Shown piece after piece: positions 8,280 through 18,127 of a DNA stretch of 64,000 nt. How positions within the stretch are numbered: the first letter of the stretch is position 1; every line of letters starts with the position of its first letter. Source of the DNA: Candidatus Wolfebacteria bacterium RIFCSPLOWO2_01_FULL_45_19 (GTDB lineage: Bacteria > Patescibacteriota > Minisyncoccia > UBA6257 > GWB1-45-9); assembly GCA_001793855.1 (NCBI GenBank), contig MGIR01000001.1, forward strand, positions 93,891-157,890. Reading direction: 5' to 3'. Both the position numbers and the translations under genes were made by a program. The notes beneath the pieces were generated by a model. That model was not told the DNA's origin, searched no databases, and saw only the letters and a program-made list of their open reading frames with translations.

Positions 8280-9149
8280 ATGCTTATTCTTACTCCTGAG
8301 CGTATCAAAAGCGACAGCAAACTTGTCGCGCAAGCGGCAAAATCAATCACGCCGAAAATTTTGGGAAAAATCATTGATTTAACGGTGCTCAATCCCGCGG
8401 CAACCGTTTTGGACATTGAAAAGCTTTGTATTGAGGCGAATGAAATAGAGTCGTTCGTGTGCGTATACGGTAGTCGTGTGTTGGACGTTTATAAATCAGC
8501 GTCTAGATTTAATCTTAAGCGAATCCGTGGCATTGTATCCGTCATCGGATTTCCTTCCGGAGCGCAGACGACATTGGCTAAAACAGCGGAAGTTCAAGAT
8601 GTTTTTGGCACCGGAGCTGATGAGATTGATATGGTTTTGAATGTTGGGAAGTTTTTGGATGGAAATGGTTTTTACGTTTATGACGATATCTATGCAGTCG
8701 CCAGTGTTCTAAAAGCAGCGCGCGCGAATGAATGCAGTGCGCCAGTTTTAAAAGTTATTCAGGAAAATTGTCTTTTGACTGATGAACAAAAGCGAATGGC
8801 AGCGCGTATAACGGCGGAAGTCGCCAAAGAAACCGAAGTTCGTATGTTCGCGAAGACTTCAACCGGATTCGGCAAGCCGAAAGACTGGAATACGCCAGTC
8901 GGCGCGACTGTGGAAGATGTTTGGCTGATGCACGAAGAAATAAAGCCACTTCAAGAACAAGGCGTTGTTATCGGCATCAAAGCCGCCGGTGGAATAAAAG
9001 ACGCGCGTTCCGTGATTCAGATGATGCTCGCGGCGGGATGCTTCAATGACGATTTAACGCTGAAAAAGATTTTTTTAGATCTTTTTAGAGTCGGAGCCAG
9101 CGCCGGAAAAGCCATTATTGAGGATTTTAGAAAAAATTTCATGTCTTAA
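8280..9149 (+). CDS. deoC: deoxyribose-phosphate aldolase
   Basis: The DERA fold is present with the active-site lysine in FAKTSTGF, plus GIKAAGGI and IDMVLNVG. Confidence 0.8.
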   Translation: MLILTPERIKSDSKLVAQAAKSITPKILGKIIDLTVLNPAATVLDIEKLCIEANEIESFVCVYGSRVLDVYKSASRFNLKRIRGIVSVIGFPSGAQTTLAKTAEVQDVFGTGADEIDMVLNVGKFLDGNGFYVYDDIYAVASVLKAARANECSAPVLKVIQENCLLTDEQKRMAARITAEVAKETEVRMFAKTSTGFGKPKDWNTPVGATVEDVWLMHEEIKPLQEQGVVIGIKAAGGIKDARSVIQMMLAAGCFNDDLTLKKIFLDLFRVGASAGKAIIEDFRKNFMS

Positions 9150-9153
9150 TTAA

Positions 9154-9178
9154 AAAGCCCCACTAGAGGGGCTTTTCA
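9154..9178 (+). terminator. rho-independent terminator
   Basis: A hairpin (agcccc-actaga-ggggct) is followed by TTTT. Confidence 0.6.
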
Positions 9179-9187
9179 TTGTACCTC

Positions 9188-9215
9188 TTGCAAAATTTTT
9201 TATATGTGGTAGAAT
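9188..9215 (+). promoter_or_regulatory. promoter TTGCAA-N16-TAGAAT with extended -10 TG
   Basis: The elements are in the sequence. An AAGGAGA ribosome-binding site lies before the ATG at 9256. Confidence 0.45.
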
Positions 9216-9255
9216 ATCGGTAGCAACTTTTATTTTTTTAACGAAAGGAGAAGTC

Positions 9256-9561
9256 ATGAAAGTCATAGACGGCCATGTGTGCGTAACGCACCATTTGATT
9301 TTGGCGGTGAATGAATACGATCGTGTTTTGGAAGAAATACTCACAACGTATTCTCAAGTCCATCTTGATGTCTCGCATGGCTTGAGTGACTGTGACGAAG
9401 CAGATCTTTTGGCGTTCGCGGTTACAACCGAAAAACGCCATGAGCTCAAGAAAGCGGAAGAAGAAATAAAAAAATGGCTTGAGCGCGCCATAATTGACGG
9501 GACGTGCCCCGAGCTCACAGGTCAAATCAAAGAAAGGTTTCGCCGTTTGATTCTGAAATAA
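9256..9561 (+). CDS. hypothetical protein (101 aa)
   Basis: The ORF has its own ribosome-binding site and terminator. No family was recognised. Confidence 0.45.
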   Translation: MKVIDGHVCVTHHLILAVNEYDRVLEEILTTYSQVHLDVSHGLSDCDEADLLAFAVTTEKRHELKKAEEEIKKWLERAIIDGTCPELTGQIKERFRRLILK

Positions 9562-9577
9562 TCGGCGCCGGAATTTT

Positions 9578-9609
9578 AGCCGCGGATTTAAAAATCACGC
9601 GGCTTTTTG
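9578..9609 (+). terminator. rho-independent terminator
   Basis: A 7-bp GC stem (agccgcg ... cgcggct) is followed by T5. Confidence 0.55.
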
Positions 9610-9622
9610 TTATAATCATATA

Positions 9623-10312
9623 ATGACTTTAACGCATTGCGTCATAATTCCTGATGGGAACCGCCGCTGGGCGCGGGCGCAAGGCCTTATGCCGTGGGAA
9701 GGGCACAGGAAAAGCGTTGAGCGTTTTAGAGAACTCATACCCCGTGCTTTTGAGCGTGGCATTTCCTATTTGACCATTTGGGTCGCCTCGGAAGATAATT
9801 TAACGGGTCGTTCCCGCGAAGAAGTCGCAGTTTTGGTTGAACTGATAACGGATGAGCTTGAACGGATGAACATCGACGATTCGTTGATAAAAAATGAAAC
9901 GCGCGTAAGAATAATCGGCCGCTGGGACGATATTTTAAGAAATGAAAAATTGCGCGGGTCAGTCGTGAAAATTGAGGGAAAAACGCGGCATTTTTCAAAA
10001 CGCAATTTTACCATTCTTTTCGGTTACGACGGGGTTAATGAGATGTTGGAGGCGATAAATAAACTGAAGAGTAGCAAACGGGAGATAACAAACGAGATTT
10101 TAAAAAACATTTTATGGACAGGCGAGCTTCCTAATGTTGATTTGGTAATTCGCACCGGTGGCGAACCGCATTGGAGCGCGGGATTTATGATGTGGCATAC
10201 CGCAAACAGCCAGTTTTATTTTACCGAAACCTTGTGTCCCGATTTTGGAGTTGACGAATTTGACAAAGCGTTGGAAGATTATTCAAGCCGAGAGAGAAGA
10301 TTCGGCAAATAA
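9623..10312 (+). CDS. uppS: undecaprenyl pyrophosphate synthase (cis-prenyltransferase)
   Basis: Motifs IIPDGNRRWA and DLVIRTGGE..SAGFMMW are present. A -10 TATAAT lies 5 nt upstream, so the mRNA is probably leaderless. Confidence 0.9.
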   Translation: MTLTHCVIIPDGNRRWARAQGLMPWEGHRKSVERFRELIPRAFERGISYLTIWVASEDNLTGRSREEVAVLVELITDELERMNIDDSLIKNETRVRIIGRWDDILRNEKLRGSVVKIEGKTRHFSKRNFTILFGYDGVNEMLEAINKLKSSKREITNEILKNILWTGELPNVDLVIRTGGEPHWSAGFMMWHTANSQFYFTETLCPDFGVDEFDKALEDYSSRERRFGK

Positions 10313-10313
10313 C

Positions 10314-10367
10314 TTGTCCCGCACCTATTGTGCTATACATTCATTCGGCACAATAGGTGCGGGACAA
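10314..10367. repeat. perfect 20-bp-stem hairpin
   Basis: ttgtcccgcacctattgtgc and gcacaataggtgcgggacaa are separated by a 14-nt loop. The hairpin lies between uppS and tRNA-Ala with no T-tract. Confidence 0.6.
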
Positions 10368-10368
10368 A

Positions 10369-10439
10369 GGGCCTATAGTAAAGTGGCATTACACCGCATT
10401 CGCATTGCGGGGGCGGGAGTTCGATTCTCCCTAGGTCCA
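10369..10439 (+). tRNA. tRNA-Ala (anticodon CGC), G3:U70 present, no encoded CCA
   Basis: The acceptor stem is GGGCCTA/TAGGTCC and carries the G3-U70 pair. The anticodon arm is ccgca-TTCGCAT-tgcgg, the T-loop is TTCGATT and the discriminator is A. Confidence 0.85.
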
Positions 10440-10443
10440 CATC

Positions 10444-10478
10444 AAAAAAACACGACACTCGAGTGTCGTGTTTTTTTT
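10444..10478. terminator. bidirectional rho-independent terminator
   Basis: A palindrome (cacgacactcgagtgtcgtg) is flanked by A7 and T8. It serves tRNA-Ala on the + strand and the peroxiredoxin gene on the - strand. Confidence 0.7.
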
Positions 10479-10481
10479 GGG

Positions 10482-11027
10482 TTAGTTTTTTGATTTGAGA
10501 TATTCAAGCATTGTTGTCGCGTCGCTTACCTCAAACGGGTCGTCGGGGCAATTATCCGAGAACCCTGGTTCAATGAACATTTTTTTAATATTGCCGTTTT
10601 CAACATACATACTGTATCGCCAACTGCGTTCACCGAAACCAAGATTATCTTTTTTAACGAGCATACCCATTCCTTTGGTAAATTCACCGGAACCATCCGG
10701 AAGAAGTTTTACTTTTTTGACTCCTTGCTGTTTTCTCCATTGAAACATGACAAACGCGTCGTTTACGCTCAAGCAAACTACCTCATCAATGCCAAGTCGT
10801 TTAAATGCGTCGTACGCGGCTTCATATCCCGGAAGATGCGTTGAAGAACATGTCGGCGTAAACGCGCCTGGAAGCGAAAAAAGAACAATTTTTCTCCCTT
10901 TAAAAATTTCATCAGATGTAACGTCTTGCCAGCGGTATGGGTTTGGTCCGCCGGCTTGCTCATCGCGAACGCGCGTTTTGAAGATTGTTTCCGGAACTCG
11001 CGTTGGAATTTTAATTTCTTTTTTCAT
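10482..11027 (-). CDS. peroxiredoxin, Prx5 subfamily
   Basis: The peroxidatic-cysteine motif PGAFTPTCS is present on an AhpC/TSA fold. Confidence 0.85.
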   Translation of the reverse strand: MKKEIKIPTRVPETIFKTRVRDEQAGGPNPYRWQDVTSDEIFKGRKIVLFSLPGAFTPTCSSTHLPGYEAAYDAFKRLGIDEVVCLSVNDAFVMFQWRKQQGVKKVKLLPDGSGEFTKGMGMLVKKDNLGFGERSWRYSMYVENGNIKKMFIEPGFSDNCPDDPFEVSDATTMLEYLKSKN

Positions 11028-11166
11028 AATTTAATTTTTACACAATTTCTCGTATTATGTCTATGCTGATACAGTAAGGCAAGCGCCGCGCCAAAAATAG
11101 AAACGGAAAGCCCGGCTATAGAAAGTGGCGTGGCAATAAAGTGAGTGAAACTGTTTAAGTTCATAT

Positions 11167-12306
11167 TTATCTAATTCCGATTTCGCGAAGAATCGCGCTG
11201 AATTTTTCGTCGTTAAGTTCGCTCTGTTCACCTGTCAAGATGCGCTCTTTTTCCAGCCGTTCGTATCTATCCCGCGCGGCAATGATGTTTTGGTCAAAAA
11301 AACGGTACTCGGCGTTTAGCGCCGCGATAATCTCTTTTCTTTTTCCACTTGCCGCGACGCGTTCGTTTTTTTTAATGCTTTCGTGAAAAAGTTCCCGCTG
11401 CCAAATCGCGAACGGTACTTGGAACTTAACCCAGCCAAGAATCGTTTTGATGATTTCATTGCGTCGTTCGGGCGAAATGCGTTCAATCCCGGCTTTTATT
11501 TCCGCGACGATTGCTTTTTGCTGTAGCTCCAGAAATTCATTGTTTCCATCTTCGCGAAATTCTTTAAAATCTTGTTTAGCGCCGACGGTCCCGCGAATAT
11601 CGGCGGTCGCAAGCGCCAGCGCCAAAAGTGAACTTTCTGGCGTAAGCTCCGGCTGAAAAAACTTTGGGCTGACGGTGTATTTTTGGTTAAGGGTTTCGCG
11701 TCTTCCGTCCGGATGCGTAACGCTCATCGCGCGTTTCGGAAGTACTGCCGCGAATTCCGCTTCGGTATAAGTCGCGCCGATTGCCGAACGCAGTGTAGTT
11801 TTTGTTTCATCGTCAAACACATCTCGGTATTTGTTTAATTCATTCGTAAGAATCCGCGCGCTCTCTTCTTCGTTTCCGAGAATTATCTTTCCGTAATTTT
11901 TTTCAAGCTCAGCAAGACGCTTTCGATTAAACATCTCATAGCCGCGATGGCGTTCCAACATTTTTCCCTCTTTAAGTTCCGCGTTTTGCATTATATCGTG
12001 CGCGTATCCAAGAATCGAAGCGTATTCAAGGTCTTCTTTGGAAACAAGATATAAATCAACGTTTCTGATGATTTCAAGAAATTTTCTGGTGTCCGTCGCG
12101 ACCCTCCGCGAATGTTCAATGTTGTGAAACGGAAACTTTTCCTTATCAGAAAAATCGCGTTCAAGCCGATCTTCAAGAGTTGCCGCGATTTTTTCAACCG
12201 CCTCGCATTTTTCAGGATTTTCATAACTTTGCAAAGGCGGTTTTTCAAATTTCTTTCCGTCGCGCATATACAGAGCATTATAAATCCCATACATTGACTT
12301 AATCAA
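11167..12306 (-). CDS. HD-domain protein of unknown function
   Basis: H..EHS and AHDI motifs indicate an HD domain. A long helical C-terminal region follows. Confidence 0.45.
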   Translation of the reverse strand: MIKSMYGIYNALYMRDGKKFEKPPLQSYENPEKCEAVEKIAATLEDRLERDFSDKEKFPFHNIEHSRRVATDTRKFLEIIRNVDLYLVSKEDLEYASILGYAHDIMQNAELKEGKMLERHRGYEMFNRKRLAELEKNYGKIILGNEEESARILTNELNKYRDVFDDETKTTLRSAIGATYTEAEFAAVLPKRAMSVTHPDGRRETLNQKYTVSPKFFQPELTPESSLLALALATADIRGTVGAKQDFKEFREDGNNEFLELQQKAIVAEIKAGIERISPERRNEIIKTILGWVKFQVPFAIWQRELFHESIKKNERVAASGKRKEIIAALNAEYRFFDQNIIAARDRYERLEKERILTGEQSELNDEKFSAILREIGIR

Positions 12307-12345
12307 GTGAATGTAAATAAAACACTCCGACCGTGGTCGAAGTGT

Positions 12346-12936
12346 TTATCGTCTTTTTAGCTGCCGCGCGGCTTTCAAAATAAGTTGCGGAACGTAAACG
12401 CTTATGATTGGGCCAGCAATAAGGCCGGGAAGCGCGGCATATATCATAATGTCGCCGATACTCGCGACGCTGGGCCCTTGGTCAATCATGGGAATAATGT
12501 CAGTCAAATACTTAAAAAAATGCGTATCATTTAAAATAACGTGTGTGGAATCATCTATTGACCACACTCCGATTGCATTTGCGGTTTCTGTTACAACTTC
12601 CATGGCTTCTTGTGAAACCGGCATCCTAAAGTTGTTAGCCAAAACCGTAAACGTGTTGGAATACGTTCCGAAACCAAAAACAAGAAAACCGGTATTTCGT
12701 GAATAGCCAAAAAGTATCATGCTTATCCCATATATAGTAAGGCGTTCGGCGGTCAGCATCGTGTTGGAATCTGCAAAAAATCGTGATAAAAAAAGGAAGG
12801 TCAACAGAATCGCAATCGCGAATAATTCGCGTCGTAGCGCTTTTTTGTGATATACGAAACGATATCTTGCTATTCCGGCAAGAATACCCAATGCCCATCC
12901 TCCGTAATACACAACGCTGAAGTCAAGAACATACAC
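12346..12936 (-). CDS. hypothetical integral membrane protein
   Basis: The protein has multiple transmembrane segments. No family was recognised. Confidence 0.4.
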   Translation of the reverse strand: MYVLDFSVVYYGGWALGILAGIARYRFVYHKKALRRELFAIAILLTFLFLSRFFADSNTMLTAERLTIYGISMILFGYSRNTGFLVFGFGTYSNTFTVLANNFRMPVSQEAMEVVTETANAIGVWSIDDSTHVILNDTHFFKYLTDIIPMIDQGPSVASIGDIMIYAALPGLIAGPIISVYVPQLILKAARQLKRR

Positions 12937-13032
12937 TCTCGGCTCCTTTTTTTAAAGAAAAGTTGTCGAACATCTGTTTGCATTATACGTCAATGCGTGA
13001 AATAAATCAACGGATTGCTTATACTGTAAATC

Positions 13033-13560
13033 ATGTCGGAATATTATACTGAAGCGTTGGTTTTGGACTGGGAAGAGGTCAATAACAGCGACGCCTTTGT
13101 TCATCTTTACACGCAAAAACTCGGTAAGGTTAGAGCGAAAGCAGTAGGAATAAGAAAAATAACGTCTAAACTGGCCGGTCATTTTCAACCGCTTAATTTT
13201 GTTAATGTACGACTAGTGGATGGTGGGAGCCTGCTGTTGGTTGACGGTCTTTCAATAAAAAAAATTAAACTCACCGGCGCGTTAATCGCGGCGCGGATAA
13301 TAAAAAATGCCGCCGCGGAATTTCAGCCGGACCCTGTGGCGTGGAATTTTATAAAGGCCATTTTTATGTCTGAAGATGAAGCTAAGTTGGGAAATTTTTT
13401 AATGCTTTTTAAGGCGATGGGGTTTGAGCCCGCGTCCGATAAATGTAGTTTCTGCCGCCGTGGATTTATCTCTGTCTTTTCTTACGCAGACGCTCAATTT
13501 ATTTGCGGCAATTGCGTTAAAGATTTAAAATTATCGGAAAATGAGATACAATTACTTTAA
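13033..13560 (+). CDS. recO: DNA repair protein RecO (compact form)
   Basis: The N-terminal OB fold (GKVRAKAVGIRK) and the C-terminal Cys4 zinc finger (CSFC...CGNC) are present. Confidence 0.7.
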   Translation: MSEYYTEALVLDWEEVNNSDAFVHLYTQKLGKVRAKAVGIRKITSKLAGHFQPLNFVNVRLVDGGSLLLVDGLSIKKIKLTGALIAARIIKNAAAEFQPDPVAWNFIKAIFMSEDEAKLGNFLMLFKAMGFEPASDKCSFCRRGFISVFSYADAQFICGNCVKDLKLSENEIQLL

Positions 13561-15488
13561 TGGCTTTAGAGGAATTGGAAAAAGAACTTTATAGGCGGGA
13601 TTTCGACATATCGGAAAAAAGACGGGCTAAACGATCGTCTACGTCTGGCCGGCCCGCAGGCCATGCCGGCGAGCAGGCAAGCAAACCGCCCGAGACTTGG
13701 GGAGAAAAATCAGAAAATGAACGAGGCGTGATAGAAGGCGCGTTTGAGGAGGCGTTTGAAAAAACCACTAGCGTGGGCCGTCGTTTATTTTTTGTAATAA
13801 TTGGAGTGTCTGTTTTGGTTATCGCGGTCAGCGGGTTTTATCTTTATCAAGTTTTTTCCGCGCGCGGCATAGCAGTTGCGATAGAAGCGCCGGACCAAAC
13901 GTTTATTGGCAGTCCGTTTATGCTTTCGGTGGTAACAAAAAACGATTCGAGAAGCGTTCTTAGCGAGGCCTCCATCACGCTCAATCTTCCTCCCGGAACG
14001 GTGATTGTGGGAGAAGCGTCCGATAAGACAGTTGAAATAAAAGAATTGGGCAGTATTGGTCTTGGCGGTATAAACCGGCAAGATTTTGAAGTTATAGTGC
14101 TTGACGGCGAGAACACGATTAAAAATTTTGAAGTGGCGCTAGTTTACAAACCTTCGACTTTGACAACGCCTTTTGAAAAGAAGATTGTAAAAAACGTAGC
14201 GGTGGGTAAACCGGCTTTGACTCTTGAGGTTTTCGCGCCAAACAGAGTTTTTTCCGGAGAAAATTTTGAGCTTTCGTTAAATTACGCGAACAATGCCGAT
14301 TTCGATTTTGAAAATTTGAATTTGAAGATTGAATATCCACCCAGCTTTACTTTTAAATCCGCTACTTTGAATCCGGACGCTGGGAATAATTTTTGGAATT
14401 TAGGGGATTTAAAAAGCGGTTCAGAAGGCATTCTAGTTATTGATGGCAATATAGTCGGTCCAGACCAGTCGTTTTTTGACTTGCGCTCAACGATTTCGGT
14501 GTCTTTGGCCGGTAAAAGATATGACATAGTTGGCAGAAACACAAGTCTTTCAATATCTCCATCGCCATTGGCTTTGTCAATTTTTGTTAATGACAGCGTG
14601 GACTATATCGCCAAACCGGGAGATTTTCTGAATTATATGATAACCTATCAAAATAATACCGGAACCGGTTTACGCGACGTTATTTTGACTCTGCGGCTTG
14701 TGGGAGAAATGTTTGATTTTACCAACGTAAATACAGACGGCTTTGTAAGTTCGTTAAATAGAGTCGTAAGCTGGAACGCGGCAAACGTTCCGGAATTACG
14801 GCTTCTGCCCGCCGGAGCGCGTGGCAACGTGAATGTATCAATAAAAGCTACTTCGGCTTATCCTATTTCGCGTCTAAACGATAAGGACTTTATTTTATCC
14901 GCAAGCGCTCAAATTGAATCTCCGACTGTTCCAGCTCTTGTTGGCGCGGAAAGGACAATAGGCGTCGCGGCGCTTGAAACAAAAGTTGGTGGAAGAATAG
15001 ATATTAACGCCAAGGCATTTTTCCGAGACGCCGCTTCGGGAATTTTGAATTCCGGTCCGTGGCCGCCCATGGTTGACGCGCCGACGCAATATACGGTTCA
15101 TTGGGAATTGAAAAATTTTAGTACGGACGTAAGTAGCGTCGAAGTCCGGGCTTTTCTGCTCGGCGGAATAAGATGGACAGGAAAAGTACAATCCAATATT
15201 GAAAATATTCCCGAATATAACGAGCGCACGCAGGAAATTATCTGGAAAATACCGAGAATTCAGGCGACACGCGGTATCATCGGCGAACCAATTAAATCCA
15301 TTTTTCAAATAGAAGCAACGCCGTCTGTCGGCTTCATCGGTCGATATCTTCCTCTTGTCAGCGAAACGCGCGTTCGCGGCATTGATGAATTTACCGGCCT
15401 TGAAATTACGAATTTGGATTTCGGTTTATCAACTGTCTTGACGGACGATATGACGGTTGGAGCTGGACAAGGAGCCGTAAGGCAATAA
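13560..15488 (+). CDS. large hypothetical membrane-anchored protein with repeated beta-sandwich-like segments
   Basis: An N-terminal transmembrane segment follows a basic, charged N-terminus. The start overlaps the recO stop (TAATG). No family was recognised. Confidence 0.5.
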   Translation: MALEELEKELYRRDFDISEKRRAKRSSTSGRPAGHAGEQASKPPETWGEKSENERGVIEGAFEEAFEKTTSVGRRLFFVIIGVSVLVIAVSGFYLYQVFSARGIAVAIEAPDQTFIGSPFMLSVVTKNDSRSVLSEASITLNLPPGTVIVGEASDKTVEIKELGSIGLGGINRQDFEVIVLDGENTIKNFEVALVYKPSTLTTPFEKKIVKNVAVGKPALTLEVFAPNRVFSGENFELSLNYANNADFDFENLNLKIEYPPSFTFKSATLNPDAGNNFWNLGDLKSGSEGILVIDGNIVGPDQSFFDLRSTISVSLAGKRYDIVGRNTSLSISPSPLALSIFVNDSVDYIAKPGDFLNYMITYQNNTGTGLRDVILTLRLVGEMFDFTNVNTDGFVSSLNRVVSWNAANVPELRLLPAGARGNVNVSIKATSAYPISRLNDKDFILSASAQIESPTVPALVGAERTIGVAALETKVGGRIDINAKAFFRDAASGILNSGPWPPMVDAPTQYTVHWELKNFSTDVSSVEVRAFLLGGIRWTGKVQSNIENIPEYNERTQEIIWKIPRIQATRGIIGEPIKSIFQIEATPSVGFIGRYLPLVSETRVRGIDEFTGLEITNLDFGLSTVLTDDMTVGAGQGAVRQ

Positions 15489-15491
15489 CCA

Positions 15492-16862
15492 ATGACCAAT
15501 AACAATTTGCTGGAAAAAATAGTATCGCTATGCAAGCGCCGCGGGTTTATATATCCGGGTTCGGAAATTTATGGCGGATTCGCCGGGGTATATGATTATG
15601 GTCCTTATGGTGTTTTGCTTCGCAACAATGTTGCGGAAACCTGGACACGCGCGATGGCCGCGCACGACAATATAAACTTCATTGATTCCGGCATATTTAC
15701 TTCGCCGAAGGTTTGGGAGGCCAGCGGTCATGTATCCGGCTTCAATGACCCGCTGATTGCGTGTTTATCTTGTCACAGTAAATTGCGCGCCGATCACTTG
15801 CTGGAAAGCGTCGGTGTTTCTGCTGACGAAAAAATGTCGGAAAAAGAGCTTAACAAAGTTTTTGACGCGCATCGCAAGAAAATAAAATGTCCCGTATGCG
15901 ACAAAAAAAGTTTTGGAAAAGTGGTTAAAAAAACTCTTATGGCCACCTCAACACTCGGCAATCTTGACGAAAAAGATAAAGACGTATATCTGCGAGCCGA
16001 GACAGCTCAGGGCATATTTATTAATTTCAAAAATTTTCTGGATTTCGGCTGTTCAGTTCCATTTGGCATCGCGCAGGTGGGTAAGGTGTTCCGCAACGAA
16101 ATAAGCCCCCGTCAATTTATGTTTCGTAAACGCGAATTTGAACAAATGGAGATGCAATATTTCACGTATCCGCGCGATGTCGATGTCGCGTATAGCGCGT
16201 GGAAAAAAGAGCGCATGGCGTACTATGAAACAATCGGGATTTCTGCCGAACATTTGCGCTGGAAGAAACATGAACGTCTGGTATTTTACGCCAAAGACGC
16301 TTGGGATATTGAATACAGCTTTCCCTTTGGATGGGGCGAGATAGAAGGAGTGCATCACCGCGGCGATTATGACCTTAAACAGCACCAAAAATATTCCGGA
16401 GTTGATTTTTCGGTATTGGATGAAGGCGTGGGAGAAAAATATATTCCTTATGTCGTGGAAACGTCGGCTGGTTTGGATCGTGTAATTTTCGCGCTTCTCG
16501 CGGAGGCGTACGACGAAGACAAGGTTGGCGGCGAAACGCGGACGGTATTAAGATTTTTACCGCGAATCGCGCCGATAAAAGTAGCCGTTTTCCCACTCCT
16601 TAAGAATAAACCCAAGCTGGTTTCAAAAGCGCGTGATATATACAAAACGCTCAAAAAGGACTTACTCTTTGTGGCATTTGACGACAATGGCAATATAGGA
16701 AAGCGCTATCGCAGGCAAGATGAAATCGGTACGCCGTATTGTGTCACAGTTGATTTCCAAACATTGGAAGACGATACTGTTACGGTGCGGGATAGAGATA
16801 CAGTCAAACAAGCAAGAGTCAAGGTCGGAGAATTAATTGATTATATAACGAAAGAGCTATGA
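15492..16862 (+). CDS. glyQS: glycine--tRNA ligase, dimeric (alpha2) type
   Basis: Class II aaRS motifs are present, and the overall similarity is to archaeal/eukaryote-type GlyRS (FRNEISPR, GLDRV). Confidence 0.85.
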   Translation: MTNNNLLEKIVSLCKRRGFIYPGSEIYGGFAGVYDYGPYGVLLRNNVAETWTRAMAAHDNINFIDSGIFTSPKVWEASGHVSGFNDPLIACLSCHSKLRADHLLESVGVSADEKMSEKELNKVFDAHRKKIKCPVCDKKSFGKVVKKTLMATSTLGNLDEKDKDVYLRAETAQGIFINFKNFLDFGCSVPFGIAQVGKVFRNEISPRQFMFRKREFEQMEMQYFTYPRDVDVAYSAWKKERMAYYETIGISAEHLRWKKHERLVFYAKDAWDIEYSFPFGWGEIEGVHHRGDYDLKQHQKYSGVDFSVLDEGVGEKYIPYVVETSAGLDRVIFALLAEAYDEDKVGGETRTVLRFLPRIAPIKVAVFPLLKNKPKLVSKARDIYKTLKKDLLFVAFDDNGNIGKRYRRQDEIGTPYCVTVDFQTLEDDTVTVRDRDTVKQARVKVGELIDYITKEL

Positions 16863-18127
16863 ATTTTAAAAAAATAACATTAGAAAACGGACTTAGAATA
16901 ATAACGGTTCCAAAAAAAGACAGCACTGCGACAACGGTGCTCGTTCTGGTTGAGGCTGGTTCAAAATACGAGACAAAAGATATCAATGGACTCTCTCACT
17001 TTTTGGAACACATGTGCTTTAAAGGCACGAAAAAAAGACCGAAGCCCGGATTAATCGCGAAAGAGCTTGACACACTCGGTGCGGAATACAACGCTTTTAC
17101 TGGACAAGAATCAACCGGTTATCACGCCAAGGTGCAAAATAAAGACGTTGATGAAGCGCTTGATATCGTTTCGGATTTATATCTCAATCCGGTTTTCAAT
17201 CCGGACGAAATAAACAAAGAGCGCGGCGTTATTATTGAAGAAATAAATATGTACGAAGACACGCCGATGCGGAGAGTTCAGGAGTTTTTTACCTCTCTTC
17301 TTTACGGCGACCAACCCGCTGGATGGGATATTGCTGGCAGAAAGGAAGTTATTGATCGGCTTACGCGGGAAGATTTTGTTAAATATCGCGGCGAACATTA
17401 CTTGGCCAAATCAACGTTGGTGGTTGTCGCCGGCAATTTTGACGAAAAAAAGGTTACAGAAAAGATAATGACGCATTTCTCGGAAATTCCGGATACGCGT
17501 AAAGTCGGAAAGGTTAAGACTACGGAATTACAGTTAAAGCCGGGGATATTTGTTAAGCATAAAGAATCCGACCAGACGCACCTTGTTTTAGGCGTGCGCG
17601 CTTTTGATATGTTTGACCAGAGGAGGTTCGCGCTGGAAATGCTCTCCGTAATTTTGGGAGGTGGAATGAGTTCTCGTCTTTTTCAGCGCGTGCGCGAAGA
17701 ACTTGGCGCGGCTTATTACGTAAACGCATCCGCGGATTTATACAGCGACCACGGCTATCTTGCCACGGCTGCCGGAGTTGACCATCGTAAAATTGACGAG
17801 GTAATAAACGCGATTCTTGAAGAATTTACGCGTTTTACAAAAGAAAAAGTTTCTGACGAAGAGCTTGGGCGCGCGAAAAGCCATTTCAGCGGCCGGCTTT
17901 TGCTCGGACTTGAGGGCTCAGATGATTTGGCCGGATTTTACGGCGGGCAGGAGATTATAAAGCGTGAAATAATTACGCCGGAAGAACTTGTTTCAAAACT
18001 TCAGGCGATTACCGCGGATGAAATAATGGCTGTAGCGCGCGATATTATGAAAAACGACGGCTTGAATCTTGCTTTGATAGGCCCGTTTAAGGAAGCTGAA
18101 AAAATTGAAAAACTGTTGAGTTTATGA
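16859..18127 (+). CDS. M16 family zinc peptidase (insulinase-like)
   Basis: The HFLEHM inverted zinc-binding motif (HxxEH) is present. Confidence 0.8.
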   Translation: MNFKKITLENGLRIITVPKKDSTATTVLVLVEAGSKYETKDINGLSHFLEHMCFKGTKKRPKPGLIAKELDTLGAEYNAFTGQESTGYHAKVQNKDVDEALDIVSDLYLNPVFNPDEINKERGVIIEEINMYEDTPMRRVQEFFTSLLYGDQPAGWDIAGRKEVIDRLTREDFVKYRGEHYLAKSTLVVVAGNFDEKKVTEKIMTHFSEIPDTRKVGKVKTTELQLKPGIFVKHKESDQTHLVLGVRAFDMFDQRRFALEMLSVILGGGMSSRLFQRVREELGAAYYVNASADLYSDHGYLATAAGVDHRKIDEVINAILEEFTRFTKEKVSDEELGRAKSHFSGRLLLGLEGSDDLAGFYGGQEIIKREIITPEELVSKLQAITADEIMAVARDIMKNDGLNLALIGPFKEAEKIEKLLSL

